A stretch of 64,000 nt of DNA from Owenia fusiformis (taxonomy: Eukaryota), in NCBI GenBank assembly GCA_903813345.2, contig CAIIXF020000001.1:33914001-33978000 (forward strand). Direction: 5' to 3'. Made by a program: the position numbers and the translations under genes. Under the pieces are notes generated by a model that was not told where the DNA came from, ran no database searches, and saw only the letters and a list, made by a program, of their open reading frames with translations. Of the stretch, positions 38,102 to 50,833 are shown piece after piece (position 1 is the first letter of the stretch; every line of letters begins with the position of its first letter).

Positions 38102-38475
38102 GCTAAGTAAATGACTTTCCTTCAACACCTGGTTTGAAGAAGAAGATAGGTGGTGTCCCCGGCCTAACTCCCTCACCAAACCGTGCGGCTCAGGACTAAA
38201 TAAGCTTGGTTCAGAAACCGTTGTACACGGGTCACATAAAATGGTTTGTTTCAAAACTACAGATTTTGTATTATTATGTTTATACTTTTTATCCAAAACT
38301 TTGTCACAATCCCCCGCTTCACTGTCTGGAGAAGAGGGAAGGTGGTGTCTCCGGCCTAACCCCACCTCCAGATCGTGCGGCTGGGGGATTGGATTTTTTC
38401 TTGCAAACAATTGTTTCCAGGTTGCTTGAAAATGAGTGCTTTATAGTAACATGTTCATGGCTACTCTTTTTTACT

Positions 38476-40054
38476 TTAGTTTGAGTCCCCCTTCTTTCTG
38501 GGCCGAAATGGCTTTTTGAGGGCCTCTTGACAAGTTATTGCAGGGTGTGTTGAAGTTTTGTGATAAGGGCAATGATGGCTGCCTTTACAATCATCTTTGC
38601 CATCGCATTCTTGGCCCTTATGGAATTTCCAACAATGCCCCGGTGGAATGTATGGTATTTGCTTACCCTTTACTTTTCCCACTGGGGCATTACCCTCCTG
38701 TTTTTTGCCCGCCCCCCAGGACTTTTTAACTTTTTCATCCCGTCTGGTGACCTCCAGTAGGCAAGTTCAAACAATCGTAATACAGCACTTGGTCAAGAGC
38801 TGCCCAAGAGCATGGCCTGTTAGCCTTAGCCTTTCTAAAGAGACGGCCATACCGCCCCCAGTTACGGATTTTTTGTTTCAATTTGTGTATAAGAGCCATA
38901 TATGACGCCAGATCTCCGGCCTCCCAGGGGTGTTTTTGGGTGTATATTTTGATGAATATCAAAAAGGCCCTCTGCCATTCAGGATAGACTAGATATTTCT
39001 TTACTTTCTTGTTTGGCAAGTATATTTGCCTTCCATTTTTTACCAATACTTCTGTCACATTGGAAGACACGTCCTCGTCACTGTCGTCATCTTCAAGTAA
39101 TTTCGCGAGTTCAATGAACTCATTGTTCCAAATTTTATTCTTTATGTTGGTTGATATAGTGTCCAACATTGACGACGACGTGTCAACCATTGGCATTTCA
39201 GGAATGATATTACCCTTTGTGAAAGATGAGGGCTGACCCCATGGATATTGCCCTGATGGCTGATACAGACCCTGTACATAATGTGTTGGTGGACCCTGAT
39301 GAAGTCCAATAGGCCCCCCCGTGAAATGTCCTTGGGACATGTATGGATGAAATCTTGCAGTTGGGTCCATGTTCTGGTTGAACAGCTGCGGGCGGGGTAA
39401 GATTTGATTCCCCATTTCCCACCAGTATGGAGCTTGTGTGGGCGGGTGCATTTGGCCAGGCCAGCTATACGGCCCCTGATGATGTGGACCTCCCTTTTGC
39501 ATTGCTGTGCTATTATGAGGATGTGGTGGTCCTGGATGTTGCTGAGGTATGTAGGCTGGATATGGTGATATAAAACCCTGTGCCTGCGGCGGCATCTGAT
39601 TCCCATTAGGTGCCCAACCACTAGCTTGGGCCCCACCCATAGCTTGGGCCCCAACAGGTGTCCCCTGCTGCGGACCACTTGTTCCGGGATTGGGCATTGT
39701 GAAGTTAGCACTAGGATGCCAGGGTGGTGTAACCGTGATGTTTTCATTTTGGGCAATGGTGCTCTCATCCGAGGTGGAAGTGTCAGATAGATTATTTGGC
39801 CAGGTGGAATCATTTTCATTGTTATGAGACGGTCTTGGGTAGGGGAGGGTGTCGTCCGAGTGAACGGACTTAGCCTTCTTGACTTTCTTGACTTTCTTTT
39901 TCTTTACCACCCTTCCCAAACGCTTTTTTCGGACTAGCCTTTCCCCTTTTTCTTTTTTGCCCATGTTCTGAAACAAAACAACCCAAACCCGTACACACAT
40001 GGCAATATAACACTTATAATAATAATAAAAGTGAGCGACTCCTTTTTTGGGCAA
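38476..40054 (-). pseudogene. Gag-like ORF1 (basic N-terminus, Pro/Gln/Gly-rich region, Cys/His C-terminus), frameshift at ~38765
   Basis: IKNKIWNNEFIELAKLL, EWQRAFLIFIKIY..HP, LASYMALI, W..Y...FR. CWKFHKGQEC...CKGSHHC...HPAITC is in the +1 frame (38476-38682, open from ~38766). Confidence 0.75.
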
Positions 40055-40371
40055 ATGTATCCATCATACAATTACCAGAAGTGCCATACTGCCAAACGCA
40101 ACATTCCTGGAGTGCCCCTCCCCCCATTTACTAGTCCGAAAGATTTCATAACAAATATTTTAACTAATATATTACTAAAAGGCCATTATTGTAAATGTGT
40201 ATACAAAATTACTATACAAAATTAAAGTACTGATTTTTGTTGATATTCACTAGCTACTATGTTTTTTGGAAATATTGCTACTACTCTAGTCGTACGCACT
40301 ATAGAGCAAATGCAGTGAAATGAAAGGCAGGCACCAGACATTTCATGTCTAATGTATCAGCCTTATTATTC

Positions 40372-40565
40372 ATTTTTTGCATCATATAACACTGCTTTGT
40401 ATTGCATCATATTACACTACGTTGTATTGCATCATATTGCTCTGCATTGTATTGCATCATATTGCACCGCATTGTATTACATCATATTGCACCACATTGT
40501 ATTGCATCATATTGCACTGCATTGTATAACATCATATTGCACTGCATTGTATTGCATCATATTCC
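40372..40565 (+). repeat. 25-bp minisatellite TTGTATTGCATCATATTGCACTGCA, ~7.5 copies
   Basis: 25-nt periodicity. Confidence 0.9.
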
Positions 40566-40578
40566 GTATTTACCATTT

Positions 40579-41562
40579 CGTTACAGTTTTATTACATAAA
40601 ATGTTATTTATAAGATTATAATTTTCAAACATTGAAAATATTTTATACAATATCAATTAAAAGATATGAAATGGCCCAAAATAATATATTTTCAATGGAA
40701 CCCTTTGCAAGGGTCACTTCAACATAACGCCACATGTAATCTGTACGCATACGCCCTCTTTTAATGAACATTATCTTTGAAACCATATTAGAATCGAATC
40801 TGATAAAAGTGCGCATGTCCTGGATGTGCTGCGCGCTAGAATCGGGAAATCTCAAAGTTCTCCTCGTTAGAGCCATCAATATTATCCAAAATTGTCATTT
40901 CGCTGGTTCACTCCGCAGTCTTTCGAAAAAAATCAAATTCGTGGTGCCACGAATTTTTATTCGTTTTTTATTCACAGATAATCATTTTTTCATCGCGCAC
41001 TGAATGCCGGAATTTCTGCGCACTTTATTTTAATTAACTTTGCACAACGCGGCCCCTGTAATTCATTCAGTGCGCGATGAAATCTATCTGACTGGGCCGC
41101 GGTGTGTGATATCACTCCCATGTTAAAACTCCATTCGATTTTGAATTATGCGCATGTCCCCTATAGCTTTCCGTACGTTACAGTTTCATTACATAAAATG
41201 TTATTTATAAGATTATAATTTTCAAACATTGAAAATATTTTAAACAATATCAATTAAAAGATATGAAATGGCCCAAAATAATATATTTTCAATGGAACCC
41301 TTTGCAAGGGTCACTTCAACATAACGCCACGTGTAATCTGTATGCATACGCCCTCTTTTAATGAACATTATCTTTGAAACCATATTAGAATCGAATCTGA
41401 TAAAAGTGCGCATGTCCTGGATGTGCTGCGCGCTAGAATCGGGAAATCTCAAAGTTCTCCTCGTTAGAGCCATCAATATTATCCAAAATTGTGTGATATC
41501 ACGCCCATGTTAAAACTCCATTCGATTTTGAATTATGCGCATGTCCCCTATCGCTTTCCGTA
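40579..41562 (+). repeat. A-X-B-A-B direct repeat arrangement
   Basis: A 40579-40895 matches 41176-41492; B 41103-41175 matches 41490-41562; unique X of ~210 bp contains a 19-bp inverted repeat. Confidence 0.9.
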
Positions 41563-41563
41563 G

Positions 41564-42845
41564 GTAGCACACTATAGCGCAGCGATATTTGACCTTACAT
41601 TAACATACCTACACATGTCCCCTAATAATTTTTATTATAACTGTTCAATATACCTCCGGCTTTTAGGCTGAATTATGCCTGCCATTAACAAAGGTCAAAA
41701 AATCACCAAAAATTAAAATCCCAATTTTTCACAATTTGGAGTACACAATGCAACAGAAAATAATACAAAATGATTTTAAATATATGATTTAGGTTTCTAA
41801 GCTATAAGTTAGAGGTTATTTTTCTTATCAATACCCAAAAATATGTTATCAGTGTATCGACGTTTTGTATTGTTTCTCAGGTATTAATAAGATAAATGCT
41901 ACAAATGAATCACTTTTATATTGGAATGACAAATGTTTAAATTATGCTTGTTTTTCACAAAAGGGGTCTCAAGACGTTTTGAGATATTCAGCGGTGAAAA
42001 TTATCAATAAAGTGCTCTTCCTTGACTAATTGGGACTACAGCTAATATTCTATTTCCCGTAGTTAGATATAGCTCAGTTGCTTATAAAACAACCATCAAG
42101 ACTTGATCGAATTCATGAATAATTGAGAAAAATCGTTATAATTATCTTCCTAAAATCTGATTGTATCCAGCGGTAAGGTCAAAAAACAAACAGCCATCAG
42201 AAAACTTGATGATAGCCACAAGTAACGTCGAGGAAGAATTTCAAGGCGTTCAATTGCATATGACTCTAATTGATCATTAGACATGCCCTTGGAATATATG
42301 AACATTCCAATACCTCTGTAACATTTAATTAGATATAAATCTTACCTATTTGTTATTGTATTATGTTTTGTAAAACATGAACAATAATTTGCTATTAGAC
42401 CCCTTGCGATTATATGGAACAATTCTGGTAATAATGGTAAGAAAACTAATATGTCCCCAATCATAAATTACCTAAATATTCCACATAATTTTGTTGTATC
42501 GGCTTGGCTCATATTTGAAAAATCAAAACAAAATCTGAACAAAATCTGAAAAACACACTTGTATAATTACACTAATTAAACACCGACATCTACGGTAAAA
42601 TTAAAAAGTATATTTTTAAATTATGATAATTCATTTTTGTCCGTATGCTTAGAATAACGGTCTGTGTCTTATAAAATGTATAAAAGTTCGAATCAAAATA
42701 TATACGTTTTTTGAACCCTTGTGATGAAAGACGTTTTTCGACCCGAAAGCCGGAAGTTTTTTCAGCAAATGGTATTTTAAAAGAATCAAGACATGTACAT
42801 CTTCATAAATATTGCTTCAAATGTTGCTGCGCTATAGTGTGCTAC
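41564..42845. mobile_element. Non-autonomous TIR element, superfamily unclear
   Basis: 29-bp inverted ends GTAGCACACTATAGCGCAGC(GAT/AAC)ATTTGA; no clear TSD. Confidence 0.65.
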
Positions 42846-44019
42846 GGATCCTTCATATTCGGAAGTCATACCATGGACAATTACTTCTATACCGTCTGTA
42901 GTCGCGTAGCCAATGTAGCTAGCGTAGCCACTGAATGCATGCTCCTAGGCTTACATCCAGACCCTGTGTTGCAGCGAAGCAAGTGTAGCTAGAGTAGCCA
43001 CCGAATTCCTGCTCCTAAGCTCACCCCCAGAGCCTCTGTAGCCGTGTGGCGAGTGTATCTAGCGTAGCCATCGCATGCATGCTCCTTAGGTAACCTCTAT
43101 ACCCCAGTAGTTGTGTAGCCAGTTTAGCCATCGAATGCCTGCTCCTAGGCTTACTTCAAGACCCTGTGTAGCCGCCTCCAGACCCTCTGTAGCCGCGTAG
43201 CCAGTTTAGCTAGCAGAGCCTCCGAATGCCTGCTCCTATGCTTGCCTCCAGAACCTATGTACCCGCTAGAGTAGCCACTGCATGCATACTCCTTAGGTTT
43301 CCTCAAGACACTCTGTAGCCGCGTAGCGAGTGTACCGTACCTAGCGTAGCCACCGCATGCATGCTCCTTAGGTTACCTCTAGACACTCTGTAATAGCCTT
43401 ACCAATGTCGCTAGCGTAGCCACCGAATGCATGCTCCTAGGCATATATCCAGACCGTGTGTAGCAGCGTAGCCACTGCATGCATACTCCTTAGGTTACCT
43501 CTATGCACTCTGTAGTGGCGTAGCCAGTGTAGCTAGCGTAGCCATTAAATGCATGATCCTAGGCATACTTCCAGACCCTGTGTAGCGGCGTACACAGTGT
43601 AGCGAGCGTAGACACCGCATGCATGCTCCTTACGTTACCTCTATACACTCTGTAGTAGCGCCCTGTGTAGTTAGCGGAGCCACTGAATGCATGCTCCTAG
43701 GCTTACATCCAGACCCTGTGTAGCCGCTTAGCCAGTGTGGCTAGCAAAACCACCGCATGCATTCTCCTTAGGTTACCTCTATACCCCTGTAGTCGCGTAG
43801 CCAGTGTAGCTAGCGTAGCCACTGAATGCATGCTCCTAGGCTTACATCAAGACTCTGTGTAGCTTTGTAACCAGTGTAGCTAGCGTAGCCACTGAATGCA
43901 TGCTCCTAGGCTTACTTCCAGACCCTGTGTAGCCGCGTAGACAGTGTAGCTAACGTAGCCACCGCATGCATGCTCATAAGGTTACTTTTATACCCTCTGT
44001 AGTCCCCGTAGCCAGTGTA

Positions 44020-44871
44020 CACTCCCCTCCATAAGTTTGGCAACCTTTTTTCTCTATTGAACTACGTGTTAAAGCCTCTTTACGTTTGAATTTTTATTTA
44101 CTTCACCGGCGATGAAATAACTTAAAATATTGATGGAAACGTAACTTGACTTTATTTCCAAATTTTCTCAATTTTTTTCCTCAATTACAAAAGGTCGAAC
44201 ATTGATGATAAAGATGAATTTTTGAAAATCGTCATTCCCATGTAATCCAATGGGAAATGGAGGGTTCGGGGGAAATCAGAAATCAGGATATCTTTTCAGT
44301 AAAAGATTCAGCAAAAAATATTTTTATATAGAAAATTGAATTTTCTAACTTTTTGAACACTAAATGTTTAGTTTATTTGATGAATATTAAACTTACAGCG
44401 CTTCAAAGTCATTTTTGAAAAGAATTTTTCGCCTCCTGTGTTATTTCAATGGGAGAGAAACAATTTTGACTTTAAAGCCCTATAACTTTGTTGAACCTGA
44501 AGAAACATATCAATTTTTTGTTAAATGAAGTTAGCAAATTCAATTACCTGCCCAACTCGTATTTTTTGCAAAGACTTGGATGGATGGATATTCTGTCATA
44601 TGACTTGCGGCAAACCTACCATTTCCCATTGGTTAACCTGGGAATGTCGATTTTCAAAAATTCATCAAATTCATCATCAATTTTCGATCTATTGTAATTG
44701 AGGAAAAAAATTGAGAAAATTTGGAGGTATTGGAATTAAAGTCAAATTACGTTTCCATCAATAGTATAAGTATTTTTATCGCAGGTTAAGTAAATAAAAA
44801 TTCAAAGGTAAAGAGGCTTTAACACGTAGTTCAATGGGGGGAAAAGGTTGCCAAACTTATGGAGAGGAGTG
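44020..44871. mobile_element. Full copy of the CACTCCCC MITE inside the satellite, opposite orientation to 34819-35692
   Basis: Same TIRs and TA flanks; internal sequence is the reverse complement. Confidence 0.9.
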
Positions 44872-47800
44872 TACCTCCAGACCCTCTGTAGCCGCGTAGC
44901 CAGTGTAGCTAGCGTAGCCACCGCATGCATGCTCCTTACGTTACCTCTATACAGTCTGTAGTAGCGTACCCAGTGTAGCTAGCGGAGCCACTGAATGCAT
45001 GCTCCTAGGCTTACATCCAGACCCTGTGTAGCAGCGTAGTCATTGTAGCTAGAGTACCCACTGCATGCATGTCCCTTAGGTTACCTCTATGCACCCTGTA
45101 GTGGCTTAGCCAGTGTAGCTAGCGTAGCCATTAAATGCATGCTCCTAGGCATACTTCCAAACCCTGTGTAGCGGCGTACACAGTGTCGCTAGCGTAGCCA
45201 CCGCATGCATGCTCCTTACGTTACCTTTATATCTCTGTAGTGGCGTAGCCAGTGTAGCTAGTGGAGCCACTGAATACATGCTCCTAGGCTTACATCAAGA
45301 CCCTTTGAAGCATCGTAGCCAGTTTAGCTGTTTAGTAGTTTAGTCAGTGTTGCTAGAGTAGCCACCGAATGCCTGCTCCTACCTCTGTAGCCGCGAAGCC
45401 AGTGTAGCTAGCGTAGCCATTGAATGCATGCTCCTAGGCTTACATCCAGACCTTGTGTAGCCGCATAGACAGTGTAGTTAGCGTAGCCATCGCATGCAAG
45501 CTCCTAAGGTCACTTTTATACCCTCTGTAGTCCCCGTAGCCAGTGTAGCTAGCGGAGCCACTGAATGCATGCTTCTAGTCTTACATCCAGACCTTGTGTA
45601 GCCGCTTAAGCCAGTGTGGCTAGCAAAACCACCGCATGCATTCTCCTTAGGTTACCTCTATACCCCTGTAGTCGCGTAGCCAGTGTAGCTAGCGTAGCCA
45701 ATGAATGCATGCTCCTAGGCTTACATCAAGACCCTGTGTAGCTTTGTAACCAGTGTAGCTAGGGTAGCCACTGAATGCATGCTCCTAGGCTTACTTCCAG
45801 ACCCTGTGTAGCCGCGTAGACAGTGTAGCTAACGTAGCCACCGCATGCATGCTCCTAAGGTTACTTTTATACCCTCTGTAGTCCCCGTAGCCAGTGTAGC
45901 TAGTGTAGCCACTGCATGAACTCTCCTAGGCTTACCTCCAGACCTTCTGTAGCCGCGTAGCCGGTTTACCTAGAGGAGCCTCCGAATGCCTGCTCCTAGG
46001 CTTGCCTCAAGAACCTATGTAGGCTCTAGAGTAGCCACTGCATGCATACTCCTTAGGTTACCTCGAGACACTCTGTAAAAGCCTAACCAGTGTAGCTAGC
46101 GTAGCCACTGCATGAACTCTCCTAGGCTTACCTCCAGACCCTCTGTGGCCGCGTAGCCAGTAAAGCTAGCGTAGCCACCGCATGTCTCCTCCTATGCACC
46201 GCATGCATGCTCCTTAGGTTACCTCTAGACACTCTGTAATAGCCTAACCAGTGTAGCTAGCGTAGCCACTGCATAAAGTCTCCTATACTAGGCTTACCTC
46301 CAGACCCTCTGTAGTAGCGTACCCAGTGTAGCTAGCGGAGCCACTGAATGCATGCTCCTAGGCTTACATCCAGACCCTGTGTAGCCGCTTAGCCAGTGTG
46401 GCTAGCAAAGCCACCTCATGCATGCTCCTTAGGTTACTTTTATACCCTCTATAGTCGCGTAGCCAGTGTAGCTAGAGTTACCTCCAGAACCTCTGTAGCC
46501 GTGTAGCTAGCGTAGCTATCGCATACATTCTCCTAAGGTTACCTCTTTACCCTCTGTAGCTTCGTAGCGAGTGTAGCTAGCGTAGCAATTGAATGCATGC
46601 TCCTAGGCTTCTCTCCAGGCTTAGCTTAACCGCTTAGCCAGTGTGGCTAGCAAAGCCACCGAATGCCTTCTCCTAAGCTTACCTCCAGACCTTCTGTAGC
46701 CGTTTAGCGAGTGTAGCTAGCGTAGCCACCGCATGCATGCTCCTTAGGTTACCTCTATACACTCTGTAGTAGCGTACCCGGTGTAGCTAGCGGAGCCACT
46801 GAATGCATGGTCCTAGGCTTACATCCAGCCCCTGTGTAGCTGCATAGGCAGAAAAGCTAGCGTAGCCACTGAATGCATGCTCATAGGCATACATCCAGAC
46901 CCTGTGTAGCCGCCTAGCCAGTGAAACCAACGTATGTCTGCTCCTAAGCTTACCTCCAGAACCCCTGTAGCCGCGTAACGAGGGTCGCTAGCGTAGCCAC
47001 CGTATGCATGGTCCTTAGGTTACCTCTATACACTATGTAGTAGCGTACCCAGTGTAGCTAGCGGAGCCACTGAATGCATGCTCCTAGGCTTACATCCAGA
47101 CCCTGTGTAGCAGCGTAGTCAGAGTAGCTAGAATAGCCTCCGAATGCCTGCTCCTCAGCTTACCTCAAGAACCTCTGTAGCCATTGTAGCTAGCTTATCC
47201 AGTGCTAGGCTTACATCCAGATCCTGTGTAGCAGCGTAGTCATTGTAGCTAGCGTAGCTACCGCATGCATTCTCCTAAGGTTACTTTTATGCCCTCTGTA
47301 GTCGCGTAGCCAGTGTACCTAGCGTATCCAGTGAATGCAAGCTAGGCTTACATCCAGACCCTGTGTCGCAGCGTAGTCATTGCAGCTAGCGTAGCCACTG
47401 AAGGCCTGCTCCTAGGGTTACATCCAGACCCTGTGTAGCAGCGTAGTCAGTGTAGCTAGCGTAGCCTCCGAATGCCTGCTCCTAGGCTTACATCCAGACC
47501 CTGTGTAGCAGCGTAGCGAGTGTAGCTAGCGTAGCCACCGCATGCATGTTCCTTAGGTTTCCTCTATACACTATGTAGTAGCGTACCCAGTGTAGCTAGC
47601 GGGGCCACTGAATGCATGCTCCTAAGCTTACATCCAGACCCTGTGTAGCAGCGTAGTCAGAGTAGCTAGAGTAGCCTCCGAATGCCTGCTCCTAAGCTTA
47701 CCTCAAGAACCTCTGTAGCCATTGTAGCTAGCGTATCCAGTGAATGCATGCTAGGCTTACATCCAGACCCTGTGTAGCAGCGTAGTCAGTGTAGCTAGCG

Positions 47801-50516
47801 TAGCCATTGAAAGCCTGCTTCTAGGCTTACATCCAGACCCTGTGTAGCAGCGTAGCGAGTATAGCTAGCGTAGCCACCGCATGCATGTTCCTTAGTAGCC
47901 TATGTAGTAGCGTACCCAGTGTAGCTAGCGGAGCCACTAAATGCATGCTCCTAGGCTTACATCCAGACTCTGTGTAGCAGCGTAGTCAGGGTAGCTAGCG
48001 TAGCCTCCGAATGCCTGCTTCTAAGCTTAATCAGTGTGGCTAGCAAAGCACCGCATGCATTGTCCCAAGGTTACCTCTATACCCTCTGTAGCTGTGTAAC
48101 GAGTGTAGCTAGCGTAGCCACTGAATGCATGCTCCTGAGGTTTCCTTTATACCCTCTGTAGTGGCGTAGCAAGTGTAGCTAGCGGAGCCACTGAATGCAT
48201 GCTCCTAGGCTTACATCCAGAACTTCTTTAGCCGCGTAGACAGTGTAGCTAGCGTAGCCACCGCATGCATGCTAGGCTTACATCCAGACCCTGTGTAGCA
48301 GCGTAGTCATTGTAGCTAGCGTAGCCACCGCATGCATACTCCTTAGGTTACCTCTATAGACTCTGTAGTAGCGTACCCTGTGTAGCTAGCGTAGCCACTG
48401 AGTGCATTGCTCCGAGGCTTACATCCAGACCCTGTATAGCAGCGTAGTCATTGTAGCTAGCGTAGCCACCGTATGCATACTCTTTAGATTACTTCTTTAC
48501 ACTCTGTAGAAGCGTACCCAGTGTAGCTAGCGTAGCCACTGAATGACTGCTCCTAGGCTTACCCTGTGTAGCAGCGTAGTCAGCGTAGTCAGAGTAGCTA
48601 GAGTAGCCTCTGTATGCCTGCTCCTAAGCTTACTACTAAGGTTACTTCTTTACCCTCTGTATTTGTGTGGCCATTGTAGCTAGTGTAGTCACAGAATGCA
48701 TGCTCCTAGGCTTACATCCAGACCCTGTGTAGCTGCATAGGCAGTGAAGCTACCGTAGCCACTGAATGCATGCTGATAGGCTTACATCCAGACCCTGTGT
48801 AGCCGCCTAGCCAGTGTAGCCACCTTATGTCTGCTACTAAGCTTACCTCCAGAACCTCTGTAGCCTCGTAACGAGTGTAGCTAGCGTAACCACCGCATGC
48901 ATGCACCTAAGGTTACCTTTATACCCTCTGTAGAGGCTCAGCCAGTGCATCTTGCGTAGCCACTGAATGCACGCTCCTAGGCTTATATCTAGACCCTGTG
49001 TAGCAGCGTAGTTAGTGTAGCTAGCGTAGCCTCCGAATGCCTGCTACAGTGTGGCTAGCAAAAGCAGAGCATGCATTGTCCTAAGGTTACTTCTATACCC
49101 TGTGTAGTGGCGTAGCCAGTGTAGCTAGCGGAGCCACTGAATGCATGCTTCTAGGCTTACATCCAGAACCTCTATAGCCGCTTAGCGAGTGTACCTAGCG
49201 TAGCCACCGCATGCATGCTCCTTAGGTTACCTCTATACACTATGTAGTAGCGTACCCAGTGTAGCTAGCGGAGCCACTGAATGCATGCTCCTAGGCTTAC
49301 ATCCAGACCCTGTGTAGCAGCGTAGTCAGTGTAGCTAGCGTAGCTTCCGAATGCCTGCTCCTAGGCTTACCCTGTGTAGCAGCGTAGTTAGTGTAGCTAG
49401 CGTAGCCTCCGAATGCCTGCTACAGTGTGGCTAGCAAAAGCAGAGCATGCATTGTCCTAAGGTTACTTCTATACCCTGTGTAGTGGCGTAGCCAGTGTAG
49501 CTAGCGGAGCCACTGAATGCATGCTTCTAGGCTTACATCCAGAACCTCTATAGCCGCTTAGCGAGTGTACCTAGCGTAGCCACCGCATGCATGCTCCTTA
49601 GGTTACCTCTATACACTATGTAGTAGCGTACCCAGTGTAGCTAGCGGAGCCACTGAATGCATGCTCCTAGGCTTACATCCAGACCCTGTGTAGTCAGCGT
49701 AGCCAGAGTAGCTAGAGTAGCCTCCGAATGCTTGCTCCTAAGCTTACCTCAAGAACCTCTGTAGCTAGCGTATCCAGTGAATGCATGCTAGGCTTACATC
49801 CAGACCCTGTGTAGCAGCGTAGTCAGTGTAGCTAGCGTAGCCATTGAAAGCCTGCTTCTAGGCTTACATCCAGACCCTGTGTAGCAGCGTAGCGAGTGTA
49901 GCTAGCGTAGCCACCAAATGCATGCGCCTAAGGTTACTTCTTTACCCTCTGTAGTCGTGTGGCCATTGTAGTTAGTGTAGCCACTGAATGCATGCTCCTA
50001 GGCATACTTCTAGACCCTGTGTAGCTGCCTAGCCAGTGAAGCTAGCATAGCTACCGCATACATTTTACTCTGTAGCAGCGTACCCAGTGTAGCTAGTGTA
50101 GTCACAGAATGCATGCTCCTAGGCTTACATCCAGACCCTGTGTAGCCGCATAGGCAGTGAAGCTAGTGTAGCCACTGGATGCATTCTCATAGGCTTACAT
50201 CCAGACCCTGTGTAGCCGCCTAGCCAGTGTAGCCACCTTATGTCTGCTACTAAGCTTACCTCCAGAACCTCTGTAGCCGCGTAACGAGTGTACCTATCGT
50301 AGCCACCGCATGCATGCAACTAAGGTTACCTTTATACCCTCTGTAGAGGCATAGCCAGTGCATCTAGCGTAGCCACTGAATGCACGCTCCTTGGCTTATA
50401 TCTAGACCCTGTGTAGCAGCGAAGTCAGTGTAGCAAGCGTAGCCTCCGAATGCCTGCTCCTAAGCTTAACCAGTGTGGCTAGCAAAAGCAACGCATGCAT
50501 TGTCCCAAGGTTACGT

Positions 50517-50833
50517 CTCGTATTTTTTGCAAGGACTCGGATGGATGGATATTCTGTCATATGACTTGCGGCAAACCTACCATTTTCCATTGGTTAACAT
50601 GGGAATGTCGATTTTCAAAAATTCATCAAATCTATCATCAATTTTCGACCTATTATAATTGAGGAAAAAAATTGAGAAAATTCGGAGGTATTGGAATTAA
50701 GGTCAAATTACGTTCCCATCAATAGTTTAAGTATTTTCATTGCAGGTTAAGTAAATAAAAATTCAAAGGTAAAGAGGCTTTAACACGTAGTTCAATGGGG
50801 GAAAAAAGGTTGCCAAACTTATGGAGGGGAGTG
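50517..50833. mobile_element. Truncated CACTCCCC MITE (one arm only)
   Basis: Matches 44556-44871. Confidence 0.9.

Larger units (their letters stand above)
34740..40054 (-). mobile_element. Defective DIRS/Ngaro-type tyrosine-recombinase retrotransposon; termini not resolved
   Basis: Gene order gag, RT, RNase H, YR on the minus strand with no DDE integrase or protease. Confidence 0.88.

Noticed and set aside
38102..38410. N-terminal extension of the RT ORF from the TTG at 38410
   Set aside because: Non-ATG start, and RT-like sequence begins only near IVTPVK after ATG 38101. Treated as intercistronic, though translation is not excluded.
40055..40370. Terminal repeats (ITR/ICR or split direct repeats) of the YR retrotransposon
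   Set aside because: No match to the 34580-34816 region found by eye, so DIRS versus Ngaro cannot be decided from the ends.
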